The notes: a model not told the origin generated them from the letters alone. A stretch of 64,000 nucleotides of DNA from an uncultured Methanocellaceae archaeon (GCA_963792125.1 CAWBVA010000006.1:35811-99810); one strand, 5' to 3'. Positions 21,036 to 31,838 are shown, numbered from the stretch's first letter. A program made the numbers and translations.

Positions 21036-22180
21036 TCACTTGATCACGTCAATAATGGACGAGGCAGCTTTGCCTTTCTTCGCAGGGAATCGGCCGCCGG
21101 TGTAGTCTACGGCGTCTTCGGCGCGGCGGCCTTATGGCCGCTCTTGCCCATGACCTGCGGCGAATGGATGCCGGTCATGATGGCCATCACTCTGACCTTG
21201 CCCTCGTAGTCCTTCTGGACGCGTGCGCCCCAGATGACGTTCGCGTGTGAGTCCATCTCGTATGTGAGTGACTCGGCGATGTTCTCCGCCTCGCGGAGCG
21301 TCAGGTCCGGGCCGCCGGTGATGTGCACCAGTGCGCCGGTCGCGCCGCGATAGTCGACATCCAGCAGCGGGTGGTTCAATGCCGCTCTTACGACACTGTC
21401 AGACTTGTCCTGGCTCTTGGTCTCGCCCACGAGCATTACGGCGATGCCGCCGGCATTCATGATCGCTTTAACATCGGCGAAATCGAGGTTAATGAGCGAC
21501 GGCCGGGTGATCGTCTCGGATATGCCCTTGACAGTCTCGGAAATCAGCTGGTCCATGACGGAGAACGCCTGCTCCAGCGGGAGGTTAGGCACCATTTCGA
21601 GCAGCCTGTTGTTGTCCAGCACGATGACCGTGTCTGCGGCGGCTCTCAAGTCTGCGATGCCCTCTTCGGCCTTGACCATCCTGGCGCGTTCAACCTTGAA
21701 CGGCGTGGAGACCATGCCTACGACGATAGCGCCCTGTTCCTTGGCGACCTGTGCGACGATCGGTGCCGTGCCGGTACCGGTTCCGCCGCCCATGCCTGCC
21801 GTAATGAATACCAGGTCTGCGTCCTTCAGGACATCCTGCAGTGTGCTTCTTGCCAGCTCGGCAGCGCGCTTTCCTATCTCGGGGAAACCGCCTGCGCCCA
21901 GTCCCCTGGTCAGCGATTTTCCGACCAGGATCTTCTTGTCAGCCTTAATCACGTCGAGGTGCTGCTTATCGGTGTTGACCGCAATAGTCTCTGCGCCGTC
22001 GACACCAATGTTATACAGACGGTTGATGGTGTTGTTACCTGCGCCGCCGCACCCGACGATCTTGATCTGGGGGAGCCCGAAGTCTTCAAAGTCCGCCCCG
22101 GCAGTGTTGTCCCCTTTCTCATTCCTGTACTCACGTTCCATTTCAGTGTATTTCAGTGCTTCCTGCACAATAGATTGCAT
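21036..22180 (-). CDS. ftsZ: Cell division protein FtsZ (FtsZ2-type); frameshift near 21120 hides the tail ...SSIIDVIK*
   Basis: [25 protein letters not shown]; the shifted frame gives [27 protein letters not shown] with stop at 21036. Confidence 0.95.
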
Positions 22181-22972
22181 TGTAAATCCCATCCCCATAC
22201 GTATTGTATGTGTGTTTAATCCCCGGCTTCACGGGCTGGCCGTCCGATGGCATACTAATCTGCGCATGCCATACTCGAAGGCGCCCCTGCTGCCGCGTTT
22301 TACTTTACAGACACGTTCGTTCCGGGCCGTCCTGGTTAGATACTGGACGATGTTCCTGGGCTGAAGTCGCAGCCCCGACAGGAAAGGCTGGCTGGACACG
22401 AGCCGTAATTCCGCCGGTTACAGTGGCAGAGCTCATGTATCTAGCGAATGTCGATCAAATTGATCCCCATCAATTGATCCAATCCAAATCCCAAGCTTAG
22501 TATGCGCTTTTAGATATTTAAGCTTAGTGTTCCCTGAGGGTAATTACAAAAACAATAGCGTCCCTGATAGCCGAATAAACTATTTTTACCAGCGTATTTA
22601 AAAAATCGAACGGTATTTACTATCCGATACGATAAATAATAAAAATTCAGCCATTTTAGACAAAGTATTTAATTATTTATTGCCTGAAGTTAAGCAATAC
22701 CACGTATAGCCACCATAAATTAGCTTTGACGTTAATAATTGCCTTAACGGGTCAGACAAGACAGAACTATCGAGATTGAAGGTAACGGAGAGGCCTCACA
22801 GCCCAGAAAAATCAGGAAATGGCCTTTATGTATATATTGTGTAATAAGCTGGCCATAAAATTACAAAATATTTCTAATAAAGGGTAAAGTTAATATATCA
22901 ATACTTGTAATTGTTCGATAACACGTTGCTTCAGGTGTACTGGCAACGGCTGAACTATCTGGAGGGAATATC

Positions 22973-25357
22973 ATAAAAACAAAAACTGTACTGGGAATCG
23001 CGCTCGTTGTGATCATGCTGCTTTCAAGCACGGTCGCGGTATTCGCTGCGGTCCCGCCCCAAAAGGACCAGTCAGTTGCAAGCTCATCGGGCTACTCTAC
23101 TTATATCGTAGCCTTCAAGGACTCCGGCGCCGCAGCCAGGGCAGCCGATAGCATCACGAGCTTGGTCAACTCTTATAATGGCAAGATCATCTACAGGTAC
23201 AGCGTGATCGACGGAATGGCGATCACTATGCCCGACAACAAGGTTGACGAGCTCAAGGCCATGTCCGGCGTCAAGTACGTCGAGAAAGACCAGCAGGTAC
23301 ATGTCCTGCTCGACAAGGCCGTGCCCCAGATCGGCGGCGACCAGGTATGGTCGGCCGGCTACACCGGCAAGGGCATCAAAGTGGCCGTCATCGACACTGG
23401 CGTCGACGCAGGCCACGCCGACCTGAACGGCAACAAAGTTGTCGGCTGGGTCGACTACGTGAACGGTAAGACCTCGCCCTACGACGACCACGGCCATGGC
23501 ACCCATGTGTCCAGCACCATCGCAGGCACAGGCGCAGCTTCGAGCGGCAAGTACAAGGGCGTCGCCCCTGAAGCAGGCATCATTGGCATCAAGGTACTGG
23601 GCAAGGACGGCTCCGGCAGCACCAGCAACATCATCAAGGGCATCGAGTGGGCCGTCAATAACGGCGCCGATGTCATCTCCATGTCGCTGGGCAGCTCAAC
23701 CCACTCACAGTCCAGCGATACCGCCATCGATAACGCCATCAAGGCAGGCGTAGTCTGTGTCATCGCGGCCGGCAACAGCGGCTCGGGCGCCAAGACCATC
23801 GCCTGTCCGGGCGACGACATCAACGCCATCACCGTCGGAGCCGTCGACCGGAACGACGCCATCGCCTCGTTCAGCTCCCGCGGCCCCAACCGCGACGGCA
23901 GTGTCAAGCCGGACGTCAGCAACATGGGCGTAGGCCTCGTTGCAGCCAAGGCGACGGGCATCACCATAGGCAAGGCAGTGGACCAGTACTACACGGCCCT
24001 CAGCGGCACCTCAATGGCCACCCCGATGACCTCGGGCGCCGTGGCGCTGCTCCTGCAGGCAAAGCCTGACATGACCCCCGCACAGGTTAAGGACGCGCTG
24101 ACGAAGACGGCAAAGCCGCTCGGCGGCAGCGTTCCGAACAACAACTACGGCTACGGCCGCGTGCAGGCGAAAGCTGCGCTGGACTATGTATTGAGCGGCA
24201 AGCTCCCGGCCCCCACGCCGACGCCGACACCAACGCCGACCCCCAACCCGGGCGATCCGACACCAACGCCGACCCCGCAGCCGGGCGGCTACGCGGTAAG
24301 CCTGGCAAACCTGTTCGCCAGGTATAATAACCAGCTCAGCACCTCGATGGAGAAGTTCCAGGTGCAGCCTGGCACGACCGTGACCCAGGGCGCCATGATC
24401 TCGAACACGGGAGAAGCGACCGACTCGTACACGATGTCGGTCAGCGGCATACCTGACGCCTGGTGGACCCTCAGCGGGTATAACGGCGGCAGCCTCGATT
24501 CGAGCACGGCGGCCACCATGAGCCTGGCCATCACACCGGCAGCATCGGCATCTGCGGGCACGTACACGATTACGCTGACCGCGAAGTCGGATTCCGACAG
24601 CTCGGTGAGCGCGTCGAAGACCTACAAGCTCAACGTGGCAGGCGCAACAACGCCGACGCCGACGCCCACTCCGAAGCCGACCATAACCCCGAGACCGACA
24701 GCGACGCCGACGCCGGGCCCGAACCCGACGCCGACGCCTACCCCGGTACCCGGCGGTAACGCGTTCACTGGCGTCGTCGCCAGCGGCGGCGAGTTCTACG
24801 AGTACGCAGTACCGGCACAGGCCGGACCGGTCTCGGTAAAGGTGTCCTGGACGGGCACGACCAACGACCTGAACCTGTACATGTACGACCCGAGCGGCGC
24901 ACTGGTCGCGAAATCGGAGCAGCGCTCCACGACCTCGGAGACCGTCACTTACAATGCGCCCACCGCAGGCTACTACCTGATCAAGGTGCAGGCGAAGACG
25001 GCATTCCGGCCGGTGACCTTCACCGGCGAGAGCAGCAAGCCAGTAAAGGCGGCGTACGTGAAGACGGGCACGCTTGGCAGGGGCCAGACGGTCAGTATGA
25101 ACGTCAACCCCGGCAATGCGGGCAGCGTCAACGCACGGCTCACCTGCGGCTGGTCGTTCAGCATGCCGACGATGAGCCTGTATGGCCCGAACGGCAGCAA
25201 GGTAGCGGACGGCAATACCATCAAGGAGAGCTGGACGTCCACCTACGCACACCTGAACTACGCGCCGGCGCCAGCGGGTACTTACACGCTGAAGATCGAC
25301 GGCACGAAGATAAGCACCACCCTGGACTATAAGCTGGTCACACCGTACCAGCTATAA
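22973..25357 (+). CDS. Secreted subtilisin-like S8 protease with I9 propeptide, PT linkers and C-terminal Ig/PPC-like domains
   Basis: IDTG, HGHGTHV, GTSMATP catalytic triad; (PT)n linkers; NDLNLYMYDPSG PPC-like motif. The signal peptide extends to an in-frame ATA at 22973 behind GGAGG. Confidence 0.93.
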   Translation: MKTKTVLGIALVVIMLLSSTVAVFAAVPPQKDQSVASSSGYSTYIVAFKDSGAAARAADSITSLVNSYNGKIIYRYSVIDGMAITMPDNKVDELKAMSGVKYVEKDQQVHVLLDKAVPQIGGDQVWSAGYTGKGIKVAVIDTGVDAGHADLNGNKVVGWVDYVNGKTSPYDDHGHGTHVSSTIAGTGAASSGKYKGVAPEAGIIGIKVLGKDGSGSTSNIIKGIEWAVNNGADVISMSLGSSTHSQSSDTAIDNAIKAGVVCVIAAGNSGSGAKTIACPGDDINAITVGAVDRNDAIASFSSRGPNRDGSVKPDVSNMGVGLVAAKATGITIGKAVDQYYTALSGTSMATPMTSGAVALLLQAKPDMTPAQVKDALTKTAKPLGGSVPNNNYGYGRVQAKAALDYVLSGKLPAPTPTPTPTPTPNPGDPTPTPTPQPGGYAVSLANLFARYNNQLSTSMEKFQVQPGTTVTQGAMISNTGEATDSYTMSVSGIPDAWWTLSGYNGGSLDSSTAATMSLAITPAASASAGTYTITLTAKSDSDSSVSASKTYKLNVAGATTPTPTPTPKPTITPRPTATPTPGPNPTPTPTPVPGGNAFTGVVASGGEFYEYAVPAQAGPVSVKVSWTGTTNDLNLYMYDPSGALVAKSEQRSTTSETVTYNAPTAGYYLIKVQAKTAFRPVTFTGESSKPVKAAYVKTGTLGRGQTVSMNVNPGNAGSVNARLTCGWSFSMPTMSLYGPNGSKVADGNTIKESWTSTYAHLNYAPAPAGTYTLKIDGTKISTTLDYKLVTPYQL

Positions 25358-25848
25358 AATACCCGACGGACACGGTGCCGGTATCATTCACCGTGTCCCA
25401 CCTTTTTATTCGATTTTATTTGTCATGTTTTAGCTCGCATCATCCCGGTATATTATGCGACATCAAGCAGGTAGAATGATCGTCAAGCAATTTAAAGGCA
25501 AGTGCGGATGAATCGCGGTGACAACTATGGATGGAGTCAAGAGCAAGGGAAAGAGGCGCAGGCAAAGAAGTCGCAGGCAAAGTCAAGGAAGAAGACTGGC
25601 GAATCCTCGATACAGAGAGGATAGGAACTGGAGTCAGAATGGAGAGCTTAAGGCAGACTGAAACAGAGGCTCGGCAAGCGAAGAGAGAAAGCTGGAATAA
25701 TATTACCGGCATGAGGCCAGCAAAGGCAATGAATTTCGCAAGGCCGAGATGAAGCTCGGGCAGTTCCAAGACAGATCAAAAAGCACAAAGATGACAAAGG
25801 ACACTGAAGACACGGCGATGGCCCGTGTCCGTCATGCCCTGGCTTTGG

Positions 25849-26712
25849 TCACAGATTATCCATGTTAGCTCTCATGGCGAAGAGCCCCTGGTCTATGCCG
25901 TGCACTTTCATCAGCGTGCTCAGCTTGGTGATGTCCAGCGATGTGTCCATGGGCACGCGCACCGTCATGCCGAGCTCAGAAGCGCTCACTGGCACGACCA
26001 GGCTGTCGTCCAGACCGAAGGCGGCCGCGATTTTCCGGCCGAACTCGTAGTGGCTGACACGCTCCGGGCCTGCGACATTGTACCACCCGTTCATGCGGTT
26101 CACAATCAACGTCTTTATGGCTTTGACCGCGTCGTCGATCAATACAGGCGAGAAATACATGTCCCTCGCCAGTTCGACTTTCTGGCCTGCACGGATCTGG
26201 TTGTAGACGTGGCTCGCGAAGTTCTCCGGGTAGCTGCCGTACAGCTCTCCTACCCGGACTATGAGAAACTCCCTCACTTTATCGGAATGCACCTCACCCA
26301 TCAGCCTGGTCTCGCCGTAGACGTTGATCGGGTTCACATTGTCGCTCTCGGTGTACAGGCCTCCGGGCTTTCGCCCGTCGAAGACGAAGGGCGTCGACTT
26401 GTAGACTACCCGTGAGCCCGCTTTCTGGGCCGCGTCGACGAAGAAGCGCACGGACCGGGTGTTGAACTGCATGGCATCCATACGGTGCTGCTCGCAGTAA
26501 TCGACGTCGCTGGCCTCCTCGGTCAGGACTATCACTGAAGGACGAAGCTCGTCCACGAGACGGGTGATGCTCTCGGCGCTCAGCGCATCGTAGGTCTGGT
26601 AACCCCGGGGTATGTCCGGGCAGGTGTGGTCGCAGGCGCCCCTGGCCATCTCGGCGGCCATGGCATCGACGATGCGGGTGCCCAGCGGGTTGCATCCGGT
26701 GACTAAGATCAT
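25849..26712 (-). CDS. dTDP-4-dehydrorhamnose reductase-like (RmlD/SDR family)
   Basis: ILVTG, STPFVFDG, PINVYGETRLMGE, DTSLD. Confidence 0.8.
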   Translation of the reverse strand: MILVTGCNPLGTRIVDAMAAEMARGACDHTCPDIPRGYQTYDALSAESITRLVDELRPSVIVLTEEASDVDYCEQHRMDAMQFNTRSVRFFVDAAQKAGSRVVYKSTPFVFDGRKPGGLYTESDNVNPINVYGETRLMGEVHSDKVREFLIVRVGELYGSYPENFASHVYNQIRAGQKVELARDMYFSPVLIDDAVKAIKTLIVNRMNGWYNVAGPERVSHYEFGRKIAAAFGLDDSLVVPVSASELGMTVRVPMDTSLDITKLSTLMKVHGIDQGLFAMRANMDNL

Positions 26713-26962
26713 AAGGTTGCTCCGTAAGTTCTGGTTTTAATATATCGCGGCTGATTTAAATAGTCGTTGCCGCATTCCAGCAATGGGTCAAGCCAGCAAG
26801 TAGTCGGTGGATGACACGGGGTCTGGCCAGGCATTAATGATGAACAGCCGGGTCATCGATTCGTGATGGCCAAGCGGGCGTTCGCGCGCGAAGACGGACA
26901 GGCCTCGCTTATCGCCGATTCGATAATATTTCTCACTGAAATGTACGGGCGCCTTGATGTAG

Positions 26963-28405
26963 CTACTTCTGTACCAGCCGGACGAAAGGCTTGCTGTCAG
27001 ACGGCACCATGATGTACTCGCCTGACAGGTTGCCATTCGGCGATTTAGCCACCCTCATGAACTGGTACCGGCCCCTGACGTACATATCGATGATGCCGTC
27101 GCAGGACTGACGGACGAATTCAGCCAGCCCGGGGTCGAGCTCGTGGAAATTGCAGCAGGCGAGGTACAGGTCGCCTCGTTCCCGTGCCCTCGACTGTCCG
27201 GCGGTGAACCTCATACGTAGCGCGTCGGCCCCGTGTGAGTAGCGCTCGCCGTTCAGGTCAGACAGTATGCGCCAGCGCCGTTCGGAGTGAGTGCGCCCGG
27301 AAAAGATGACCATGTCCTCGACCTCAGGGTAATTCTCCACGACACCAGGCTTGAGATCTTCCGGTACCTGCCTCATGTAGTGGTCTATAAGGAATGCGTT
27401 GCCTTTTGCACATTCTTTGCCGAGGTCGACGCCGTAGCGCCCGAGCCCTTCCCCGAGCGTCTGGAAAGACAGCCGTGCCGGCGGCGCGTATACTACGCCG
27501 TCGCCCGCCTCGAACGCCTTGCTGATGATCGACTCAACGACGGGCAGGAAGTCCGTCCGGTCGTCCACGGAGAGCACCCAGGACATCCCGTAGTCCATGC
27601 GGACGATGCGGTCGAAGTCCTGGATGCCAGCCATAGCAGGCGAGGATACGTCAGGCATATGACGCGTCGACAGGTCAGGGATGATCTTCACCCCGTCACT
27701 GCCCAGCGTGTATAGCTGGCTGGACATATGCTGCCGGTTGCCCCGAAGCTTCTGTACTGCAATATTGAACTCACGCTCATGGTCATGCATGTGCGAGTCC
27801 AGGTTGATCACGCAGTCGGCGAGGTACTTCTCCACGTCAAGCAGCCGCGAGTCGGATTCCTCGGCCGTCAGCAGCACGGTACAGCCAAGCCTCGTAAGCA
27901 AGGCGCCCATGAGCAGGATGTCCTTACGCATGGCTGTCTCGCTGTCGTACAGCATCGTGATGGTGGTGATCGGGTCGATGATGAGGTGCTGGATGCCCTT
28001 GCCCTCGACCATGCTGCGGATTTCCTCGATCAGTGAGCTCTCGTCAGTGAAATGCAGGCCGGTGATGATGCCCATGGAGGACTCGATGAACTCGATAGAG
28101 CCGGTATGCCCGGCGTTCTTCTTGTGGGAGAAGTCGCGGTAGCCCGTATGCACCAGCGAGTCGTCATAAAAGCTCAGGTTGCTGGCGAACTGCCGGACCT
28201 TGAACACTGGCTCGCTCGTGCTCACGTAGAGCACACGCTCGCCACGGCTGGCCTGGTAGAAGGCGTACTGGAGGGCCATCAGGGTCTTTCCGGCCCCGTA
28301 GTTGCCTGACACCAGCACAGTCGAGCCTTTGATGAAGCCTCCGCTGAGCATCTGATCAAGGCCGCTGATACCAGTTTTCACCAGCTCTAAAGTCATGTGT
28401 TTCAC
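26963..28405 (-). CDS. KaiC/RAD55-family ATPase with an intact N-terminal domain and a degenerate C-terminal domain
   Basis: TGISGLDQMLSGG, SGNYGAGKT, IIDPI, KYLADCVI, VQKLRG; the second domain lacks Walker A. Confidence 0.85.
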   Translation of the reverse strand: MKHMTLELVKTGISGLDQMLSGGFIKGSTVLVSGNYGAGKTLMALQYAFYQASRGERVLYVSTSEPVFKVRQFASNLSFYDDSLVHTGYRDFSHKKNAGHTGSIEFIESSMGIITGLHFTDESSLIEEIRSMVEGKGIQHLIIDPITTITMLYDSETAMRKDILLMGALLTRLGCTVLLTAEESDSRLLDVEKYLADCVINLDSHMHDHEREFNIAVQKLRGNRQHMSSQLYTLGSDGVKIIPDLSTRHMPDVSSPAMAGIQDFDRIVRMDYGMSWVLSVDDRTDFLPVVESIISKAFEAGDGVVYAPPARLSFQTLGEGLGRYGVDLGKECAKGNAFLIDHYMRQVPEDLKPGVVENYPEVEDMVIFSGRTHSERRWRILSDLNGERYSHGADALRMRFTAGQSRARERGDLYLACCNFHELDPGLAEFVRQSCDGIIDMYVRGRYQFMRVAKSPNGNLSGEYIMVPSDSKPFVRLVQK

Positions 28406-28666
28406 CCCGCCATTAATGACTTACCGGATCATGAATAATATCCATAAGATATTATTACCTGTATAGTTATTAGGCGATAAATTTATAAGCTTTCTCGTGC
28501 CAATCGCCGGGACAATAAGAATGTTCAGTATGGTAATATAACAAACGCCAAATAATAGCGGGAAAACGGGCATTCAGCAGTAAAAAATACAGGAATTGCC
28601 TGGCGCAGGCTGAAAAGTCAGGCTATAAAAGAAATAAAAAATGAAAAAAAGAAGGGTTCGGCTGGT

Positions 28667-28975
28667 TTAGCCGAAGAGGGCGCCGAGACCTTCCATGCCG
28701 GTGGCCTCTTCCTCTTCCTTCTTCTTCTCGTCCTTCGGGGCTTCCTCTGCTGCTGCCGGTGCGCCTGCTGCGGCGGCTGCCGGGGCCGGGGCTGCTGCGA
28801 ACGCTGCCTTGGAGATAGCCTCTTCGATGTTGACGCCCTCGAGGGCGGCAACCAGCGCCTTGACACGTGCCTCGTTCACAGTCACGCCCGCCGCCTTCAG
28901 GACGGAAGTGACACCGTTCTCATCCACAGGCTTTCCAGCCTTGTGTAATAAAAGTGCTGCGTATACGTATTCCAT
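28667..28975 (-). CDS. rpl12: 50S ribosomal protein P1/L12
   Basis: [11 protein letters not shown]...GLGALFG. Confidence 0.97.
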   Translation of the reverse strand: MEYVYAALLLHKAGKPVDENGVTSVLKAAGVTVNEARVKALVAALEGVNIEEAISKAAFAAAPAPAAAAAGAPAAAEEAPKDEKKKEEEEATGMEGLGALFG

Positions 28976-28996
28976 TTGTAAACACCTCAGTTATTG

Positions 28997-29912
28997 TTAT
29001 TTTACCTTTGCTTTTAGCTCTTCGTCTAATGCGTTTTCCTTGCCTGCTACCGTCTTTGCGACGGCCAGCATTTCCAGCTCAGCCTTCGTCAGGATCAGGT
29101 CCATGACTTCCTTCTCGAAGATGGGCGCGTTCACTGCAAGTGACTTGGACTCCAGTACCGCCTTCTGTATGAGCGGGACTATGGTGTCCTTGTTTGCAAT
29201 GCCTGCTTCTAAGCTGAGGCTTAATGCCTGTCTGGCGGCCAGAGCGAAGTTGGCTCTTAGCTGGTCCTCGTCCATGCCCAGATCCTGGGCCATGTATAAT
29301 GTCGGACCTTCGACGACTGCCTTCAGGTTCAGGCCGACGTCCATCGGCGTGATCTCGAGCCTTGTGAGCATCTCTGCGAGCTTGGCAGAGATCTTCTCGC
29401 CCTTCCTGACGACTGTCTTCGTATCCTTGATGACGACCTTGCCACCCTCGATGCCTGCCGGGATTCCGACCTGCTGCAGCTCGCCCACGAGTGGGCCGGG
29501 CTTGAACGAGGTGGGTCCTCTGGGGACGATGATGTCGTTCGGCGCAACGTCGCCGCCTTTGGCCGTCCGCTTGGACTTGGTCGACTCTAAAAGCTTGAAC
29601 AGCTTGAACGCATTCATGTCCGTGTAGACCATGACCATCTGGCCTTCCACGAAATTTATAAGCTCGTGAGCCTTCTCGTCCTGCGGGATCGAATCGAGCG
29701 CGATAGTGGCCAGCGTGTTGCGGACCATCCGCATCTCGACCTTGCCGCGCAGGCTCTGCCGCATTTTCTGCAGCGAGTCTAGCCGGCACACCGTGGACGT
29801 CCACGATACCTGACGACTTGTACTTGTGGATGCCGTCGACGATCTTCTGGATCTCGTCCTTCTTCCACTGGGGAATGTGGACGCTGTGGTGAACCTGGGT
29901 TTCGGTCTCCAT
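28997..29912 (-). CDS. rplP0: 50S ribosomal protein L10/P0; frameshift near 29790
   Basis: HIPQWKKDE in one frame; LQKMRQSLRG, GPTSFKPGP, LGMD in the next. Confidence 0.95.
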
Positions 29913-29914
29913 GG

Positions 29915-30557
29915 TTACATCACCCTGACGGCCGGGCCCATCGTCGTCTTCACGTAGATCGAGCTGATGTTGTACTTGCCCTTCTCGAGCCTTGTCTCAA
30001 GCCTCTTGATGATCGTGTCGATGTTCTCTGCGATCTCCTCGGCGGTCATCGTCTCCGTGCCAATGTGGGCATGGAACGTCATCCGGTCCTTGGAGCGCAC
30101 TTTGATCGACTTCTTCTGCCTGTTGATCAGCGTGGTCACATCGGCCTGGGGCGGCAGCGGCGCGGGCATTTTACCCCGCGGGCCTAGCACCTGGCCTAAC
30201 CTCTTACCGATCGTAGGCATGTAGGCTGTTTCAGCAATGAAGAAGCTGACCTCGCCTGCGAGCTTCTTAGCCCGAACCTTATCTGCCCCCAGCTTATCGA
30301 TCTCTTCGGGCGGGAACACGTAGTCTGCGCCTGCCTTTCTCCGCATTGACCGCGACCTCACCCTTGGCGAACACGGCAACCTTCACAGGCTTGCCCAGTC
30401 CGCTCGGGAGGATGATGTCCTCGTCCACACGGTTTTTCGGCTGGCTCAGATCGATGTTCTTAAGGTTTATAGCAAGATCAACGCTCTCTGAAAAATTTCT
30501 TTTAGGCTTCCCTGCCAGTGCTTGCCTGACAGCTTCCACCGTTTCTTTTCTTGCCAT
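29915..30557 (-). CDS. rpl1: 50S ribosomal protein L1; frameshift near 30340
   Basis: KRNFSESVDLAINL; LGPRGKMP; YVKTTMGP. Confidence 0.96.
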
Positions 30558-30567
30558 TTAATACCTC

Positions 30568-30597
30568 CGTAGTCCACGACCTTTACGGTCTCCTACG
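30568..30597 (-). promoter_or_regulatory. Candidate L1-binding autoregulatory hairpin in the rpl1 leader
   Basis: RNA CGUAG-GA-GACC-guaaa-GGUC-GUGGA-CUACG; the 3' strand runs into the GGAGG RBS; TTTATATAAA box at ~30635-30644. Confidence 0.55.
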
Positions 30598-30646
30598 ACA
30601 GCTAAATTGTCGGATGCAGAACCTACTATGTTGATTTATATAAACT

Positions 30647-31129
30647 TTAGTACGGCTGCGACAGTTTATCGTCGTATGTTCCTGCATTGATATCCGCGAA
30701 AATATCTTTAGGCTTCTTGCCCTCGACGGTTACGCCCAGGCTCACGCAGGTCCCGATAACTTCCTTGACGGCGTTCTTCAGGTTGTAGCTGAGCATGGCG
30801 CCCTTCTTCTGGTGGGCAACTCTGATAGCCTGATCGATGGTGAGATCCCCGACAAAGTTGGTGTTGGGTGTGCCGGAGCCCTTCTCGATCTTCAATTCCG
30901 CGAGCACTAATGCAGATGTTGGCGGCGTTCCGACTTCTACCGTGAACGTCTTGTTAGGGCCTACGATTACCTTGACCGGGACCGTCATACCGTTGTAGTC
31001 CTTGGTCTTAGTGTTGATCTCGTCGACCACTTTCTTAATGTTGATCCCGAGAGGACCTAGCGCCGGGCCCAACGGTGGGCCGGGGTTCGCTCTGCCTCCA
31101 GGAACCAGTACTTCAACTACATCTGCCAT
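30647..31129 (-). CDS. rpl11: 50S ribosomal protein L11
   Basis: GGRANPGPPLGPALGPLG; GTCVSLG. Confidence 0.97.
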   Translation of the reverse strand: MADVVEVLVPGGRANPGPPLGPALGPLGINIKKVVDEINTKTKDYNGMTVPVKVIVGPNKTFTVEVGTPPTSALVLAELKIEKGSGTPNTNFVGDLTIDQAIRVAHQKKGAMLSYNLKNAVKEVIGTCVSLGVTVEGKKPKDIFADINAGTYDDKLSQPY

Positions 31130-31325
31130 GGTTATTCACCTGGAATTGTAGTACTGCATAATACAGAGATAATATTTAAACGTTACTGTATGCGGCCAGG
31201 ATGTTGAGCGGCCCTGACCGGCGAACCTGTGCCCGTATATCCGCACGCGAGTGCGAACGGCCGTCGGACGACCATTTGAAAGCGTCCGCTACCTGTGAAA
31301 CCGGAAATAATAAAAGAAAAAGAGA

Positions 31326-31826
31326 TTATCTCGTCGTGCCGCGCTCTTCCTTGCTCAGCACGCGGACGATATCGCCACGCACCGTAACAGGGATGGGCAC
31401 CATCGCTTCCGACAGCTCGACGGTGATCTCTTCCTTCGCCTCGTCGATGCGCTTGACCCGGGCCTTCTCGCCCTTGAACGGGCCGGCGGTCAGCTCGACG
31501 ATGTCGCCTTCCGAGATGCCAGTGACCGTGGGCTTGGGCGCCAGGAAATGCTGGACCTCTGCGATAGACGAAGCTCCCCGGACGACGGCCTTCGCGTGGG
31601 GGATGTTGGTGATCGCCTGCTCGACGATCTCCTGCATGGGGGACTCGACCAGCACGTAGCCCTTTAGCTCTTCGGGGACGAGCACGGAACGTATGTCGAG
31701 CTGCTCCTTGCGTGTGACCATGGCGATCATGTTAGCCACGGACCGCTCCTGGTTCGCCGTGGTCTTCACGGCGAAGATAGCGGACTTCGGCGTTTCCTGT
31801 ACTGCCTGCACTACTTCCTCTGCCAT
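31326..31826 (-). CDS. spt5: Transcription elongation factor Spt5/NusG
   Basis: [18 protein letters not shown] motif [18 protein letters not shown]. Confidence 0.96.
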   Translation of the reverse strand: MAEEVVQAVQETPKSAIFAVKTTANQERSVANMIAMVTRKEQLDIRSVLVPEELKGYVLVESPMQEIVEQAITNIPHAKAVVRGASSIAEVQHFLAPKPTVTGISEGDIVELTAGPFKGEKARVKRIDEAKEEITVELSEAMVPIPVTVRGDIVRVLSKEERGTTR

Positions 31827-31838
31827 TGCTTTCCCCTT

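Noticed and set aside
7075-24000. Long antisense ORFs over the ligases, ftsZ and protease (e.g. 7075-8124, 11553-12566, 21323-22364)
   Set aside because: Shadow ORFs expected from high GC3 codon usage.
24205-24750. ACGCCG-type tandem repeats, also at ~44360-44520 and ~38780-38825
   Set aside because: They encode Pro-Thr or Gly-Thr linkers of surface proteins; not CRISPR or VNTR elements.
29780-30350. Programmed frameshifting or pseudogenisation of rpl1 and rplP0
   Set aside because: No slippery heptamer or stimulator is evident, and the same indel pattern occurs throughout the window.
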